DNA of 64,000 bases, from NCBI GenBank assembly GCA_963718615.1, contig OY970368.1, forward strand, positions 4,608,001 to 4,672,000. Reading direction: 5' to 3'. Position 1 is the stretch's first letter. Every line of letters begins with the position of its first letter. Below are positions 61,051-64,000 of this stretch, piece by piece. The position numbers and the translations under genes were made by a program. Below the pieces are notes generated by a model. The model did no database searches and had not been told where the DNA came from. It was given only the letters and a program-made list of their open reading frames with translations. Source of the stretch: an uncultured cyanobacterium. Its GTDB lineage: Bacteria; Cyanobacteriota; Cyanobacteriia; PCC-9006; JAAUQQ01.

Positions 61051-63386
61051 ATGGGATTTTCTCCAATTTCGATTAGTGGAAAAACAGCTTATATTCATTC
61101 AGCAGTATCAGAGCCGGATTTTGGGGCTGCTACGGTTCTTTCCGATGATCCTTGGGATTATGTAGCATTGTGGTTGCGTCGGGCAGGAAACGATGAGGCG
61201 CGATTTTATTGGGAGCAATCACGCGAGTTTTATAAAGCATCTATCGAGTTGTCGCCTATCTCTTCACCGCTCACTTCATATTACTGCTTCTTAAATGCTA
61301 CGAAATCTTTACTTACTCAGAAGCGAATTTCTTTTTCAGATAAGCATGGTGTTACCGGATTTACAAAAACTGGCAAAAAGTGTTTAACCAATGAAGTGGT
61401 TAAACTTCAGGGGAGTGGAGTATTGTATTCGCTATGCAGTTTTCTAGGTGAAAATATTCTCCCTAATGAAACTTACTCTCTAAATGAAGTTTTTTATCAT
61501 CTACCATTTCTACATAGGGCATTTACATTAACATACAAGTCAAAAACTGAGCTATTCCTACCAGTTAAGCAACCCATGTTTGTTCGGAAAGACGGTAGTG
61601 ATGATGCTTGGTTTGTTGCTGAACTAGATGCGAGATATGCCTCCAGTCAATTAAAGAACATTCTGCCATCTGCATACGAGGTAGATGCAGGTGTAAAAAA
61701 TCGTTGTTTGATAAGACGAAAAAAGAGATTCAAGTGGAAAACAAGAGGCAACCACCAAGCGAATAATCTAACCAATTTGGTCAATTATCACAAGGAAGTA
61801 CGACGAGATATCACTCCTATTTTTGCTCCGATAAATAGTTGGTATTGAGGTGGACCCAATCGACTGAACAGATTTAACAGGAGACTAAGCTCTGAATTCT
61901 CCCCGGATTGGACCTCTATTCAGCGACTGCTCTCAGCTGCACCGTCAAAGTAAATCTCATCCGGTGTTTTGTAATCCAACGACTGATGCAATCTCAACTG
62001 ATTATACCAGCTAAACCATTTCTTCACCTCCTGATTTAAGTGATTCCCATCCTCAAAACTCTTCAGATAAATCAGCTCGTACTTCAGCGATCGCCACAGC
62101 CTTTCAATGAAGATGTTGTCATGACACCTTCCCCGTCCATCCATGCTCACCTGGGCTCCGGCTGTTCTCAACCTCTCGGTAAACACCTTCGCCGTGAACT
62201 GAGACCCCTGATCTGAATTGAAGATATCAGGACATCCATATTCCTCCAACGCTTCCTCCAATGCATCCAAACAGAACTGCACATCCATCGTGTTCGAGAT
62301 TCGCCAGCTCAGCACCTTACGGCTGTACCAGTCCATAATCGCCACCAGATAGAAATGCCCCTTCAGCACCGGCAGATAGGTGATGTCCGTGCTCCAGACC
62401 TGGTTTACCTTATCAATCGCCACACCCCTCAGCAGATAGGGATATATCTTGTGCTCCGGGTTTGCCACAGTCAGCTTCGGCTTCGGATACAGCGTTTGTA
62501 GACCCAGCTTTCGCATCAACCGCTGCACTCGCTTGCGATTCACATCATGACCCTCTCTCTTCAACTGAGCCGTCATCCGACGAGAGCCATAGAACGGCAT
62601 CTCCAGATACAGCTCATCCAAGCGACGCAGCAGTTCTAGCTCAGAGTCACTCACTGCTTTGGCACGGTAGTACAAGCTCGAACGGCTGATGCCCAGTAGC
62701 TGACATTGACGCACCAGGCTCAACTCCTCGTGCTCTCGCTCTACCAGGGCTTTTCGCTGCTCAACCCCAGTTTGGCTGAGCACTCCGCTAAAAAATCCCG
62801 TTCCACCTTCAGCTTGCCGATTTGCCGATACAGCTCGTTGATTTCTGCCTGTTTATTCGCTTCCTCCTTTCCTCTATCAGATGTCTGGCCTGAATCAAAG
62901 ACGCTGCTTGCCCCTTCCAAGAGCTGCCTCTTCCACTGATGGATCAGCGTTGGATGCACATTGTGTTGGCTCGCCAGTTCCGGCACCGTCTTTGCCCCTT
63001 GCAAGGCTTCCAAGGCGATTCTCGATTTGAACTGGGCGCTGTACTGTCGGCGTTTCTTGCTCATCTTCTACTCCTATCATTTTTCGTGGAGTTTCAGAGC
63101 TTAACCCCCTGTCCAGTTTTTGGGGTCCACTATATATATCCAGAAGAAATTGAAAACAGTTACACCAATATCAAAATCACAATTGCCTCTGATTTTTGTT
63201 GCGATGCACAAGCTTAGTGAGTTGTCGAGATATGATCCCATAACATTGGCGCGTCATCTAGACCTACAGCATAACTGGATTCTTACAGAGTTTCTTCAAG
63301 TGGCACCAGCACAATTTATTAACCACATTGCTTGTGAAATCACAGGTAAAGAGTTTGTAAAACCATATGCAGCAAGGCTATCGTAA
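61051..63386 (+). pseudogene. YaaC-like protein interrupted by IS3 (gene cassette)
   Basis: PLTSYYCFLNA, HG, LSELSRYDP; removing the IS joins INSWY|IQKKL in frame. Confidence 0.75.
61846..63134 (-). mobile_element. IS3-family element copy 2, 3-bp TSD TAT
   Basis: Same length and identical ORF translations as 28518..29806. Confidence 0.95.
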
Positions 63387-63456
63387 AACAGTCCAACATA
63401 GGCCCTGAGGCGGACAGGGTCAATAGATGAAGATAAAAAATAACTCTGATATCAAG

Positions 63457-64000
63457 TGTCAAGACATTTGCCTGTCGCGACAATTAGAAGGCGGGGAGCC
63501 CACTGAATTGGCAAAAGGAAATGAGAAGCGGCAATCTCAGGTCAAGACGACAATCTAAGATCGCTTCTGGTGTGTCGATGTTTGGGAGTCAGATTCAGAG
63601 GATTTTGCCGGGAGTGCCTTCAAGTTCTCAGAGCGCTGGTGAGCGGAGCGTTTACGAAAACTGTCCGCCTTGATTTCGAGAATGACCGCATGGTGAATGA
63701 GGCGGTCAACGGCGGCGACGGTCATCATGGAATCACCAAAGATGGAGTTCCACTCACTGAACGGCTGATTGGCAGTGACCATGATGCTTTTGCGCTCATA
63801 GCGATAGGCAATGAGTTCAAAGAGAACGGAGGTTTCTGCCTCGGATTTTTGGACATAGCCGAGGTCATCAATGATCACGAGGTCAAAGCGGTCGAGCTTT
63901 TTCAGGGCAGGCTGAAGCTGGAGATGAAGCTTTTCTTTTTGGAGATACTGCACCAGGGTGGTGGCACAGAAGAATTTGACGCGCTTGCCCGCTTCCAGGG
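63457..64000 (-). mobile_element. IS21-family element end
   Basis: TGTCAAG terminus with internal repeat; carries istB. Confidence 0.75.
63555..64000 (-). CDS. istB: IS21 helper ATPase IstB (partial)
   Basis: IIDDLGY, LFELIAYRYER, AAVDRLIHH. Confidence 0.9.
   Translation of the reverse strand, partial: LEAGKRVKFFCATTLVQYLQKEKLHLQLQPALKKLDRFDLVIIDDLGYVQKSEAETSVLFELIAYRYERKSIMVTANQPFSEWNSIFGDSMMTVAAVDRLIHHAVILEIKADSFRKRSAHQRSENLKALPAKSSESDSQTSTHQKRS

Noticed and set aside
1-64000. Abundant GCGATCGC palindromes
   Set aside because: Known cyanobacterial HIP1; used only as a taxonomic and island marker

Overview
This is a cyanobacterial chromosome segment: HIP1 (GCGATCGC) is frequent and the ftrC-sufBCDS/sufR arrangement is cyanobacterial. 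A core block (sufR, ftrC-sufBCDS, glpK, secE-nusG-rplK-rplA-rplJ-rplL, clpB, prolyl oligopeptidase) is interleaved with AT-richer accessory DNA. The most striking feature is a ~10 kb co-directional operon (2159-12074). It encodes a transglutaminase-fold cysteine protease, three beta-rich proteins resembling single jelly-roll capsid proteins (inference) and two proteins built from 'DGxLYQxQGLG' repeats, one of which carries cationic amphipathic helices. It also encodes three hydrolases (two clearly peptidoglycan hydrolases) sharing a short 'MY(I/L)...G(L/I)' leader, plus a LuxR regulator. No replication, integrase or packaging-ATPase gene is present, so it is a candidate domesticated virus-like particle that loads antibacterial enzymes. 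A small helical protein and an NB-ARC/TPR NLR share a 26-aa amyloid-like motif, and the NLR is split by an 11 kb insertion carrying five cell-wall hydrolases. Integron remnants include an intI fragment, attC sites with matched cassette cores and duplicated attI-like regions. The window also holds two group II intron 5' fragments, IS3 x2, IS1 and IS21 insertions, and several TA modules whose toxins carry amber stops. All protein calls come from motif recognition by eye; no database searches were run.
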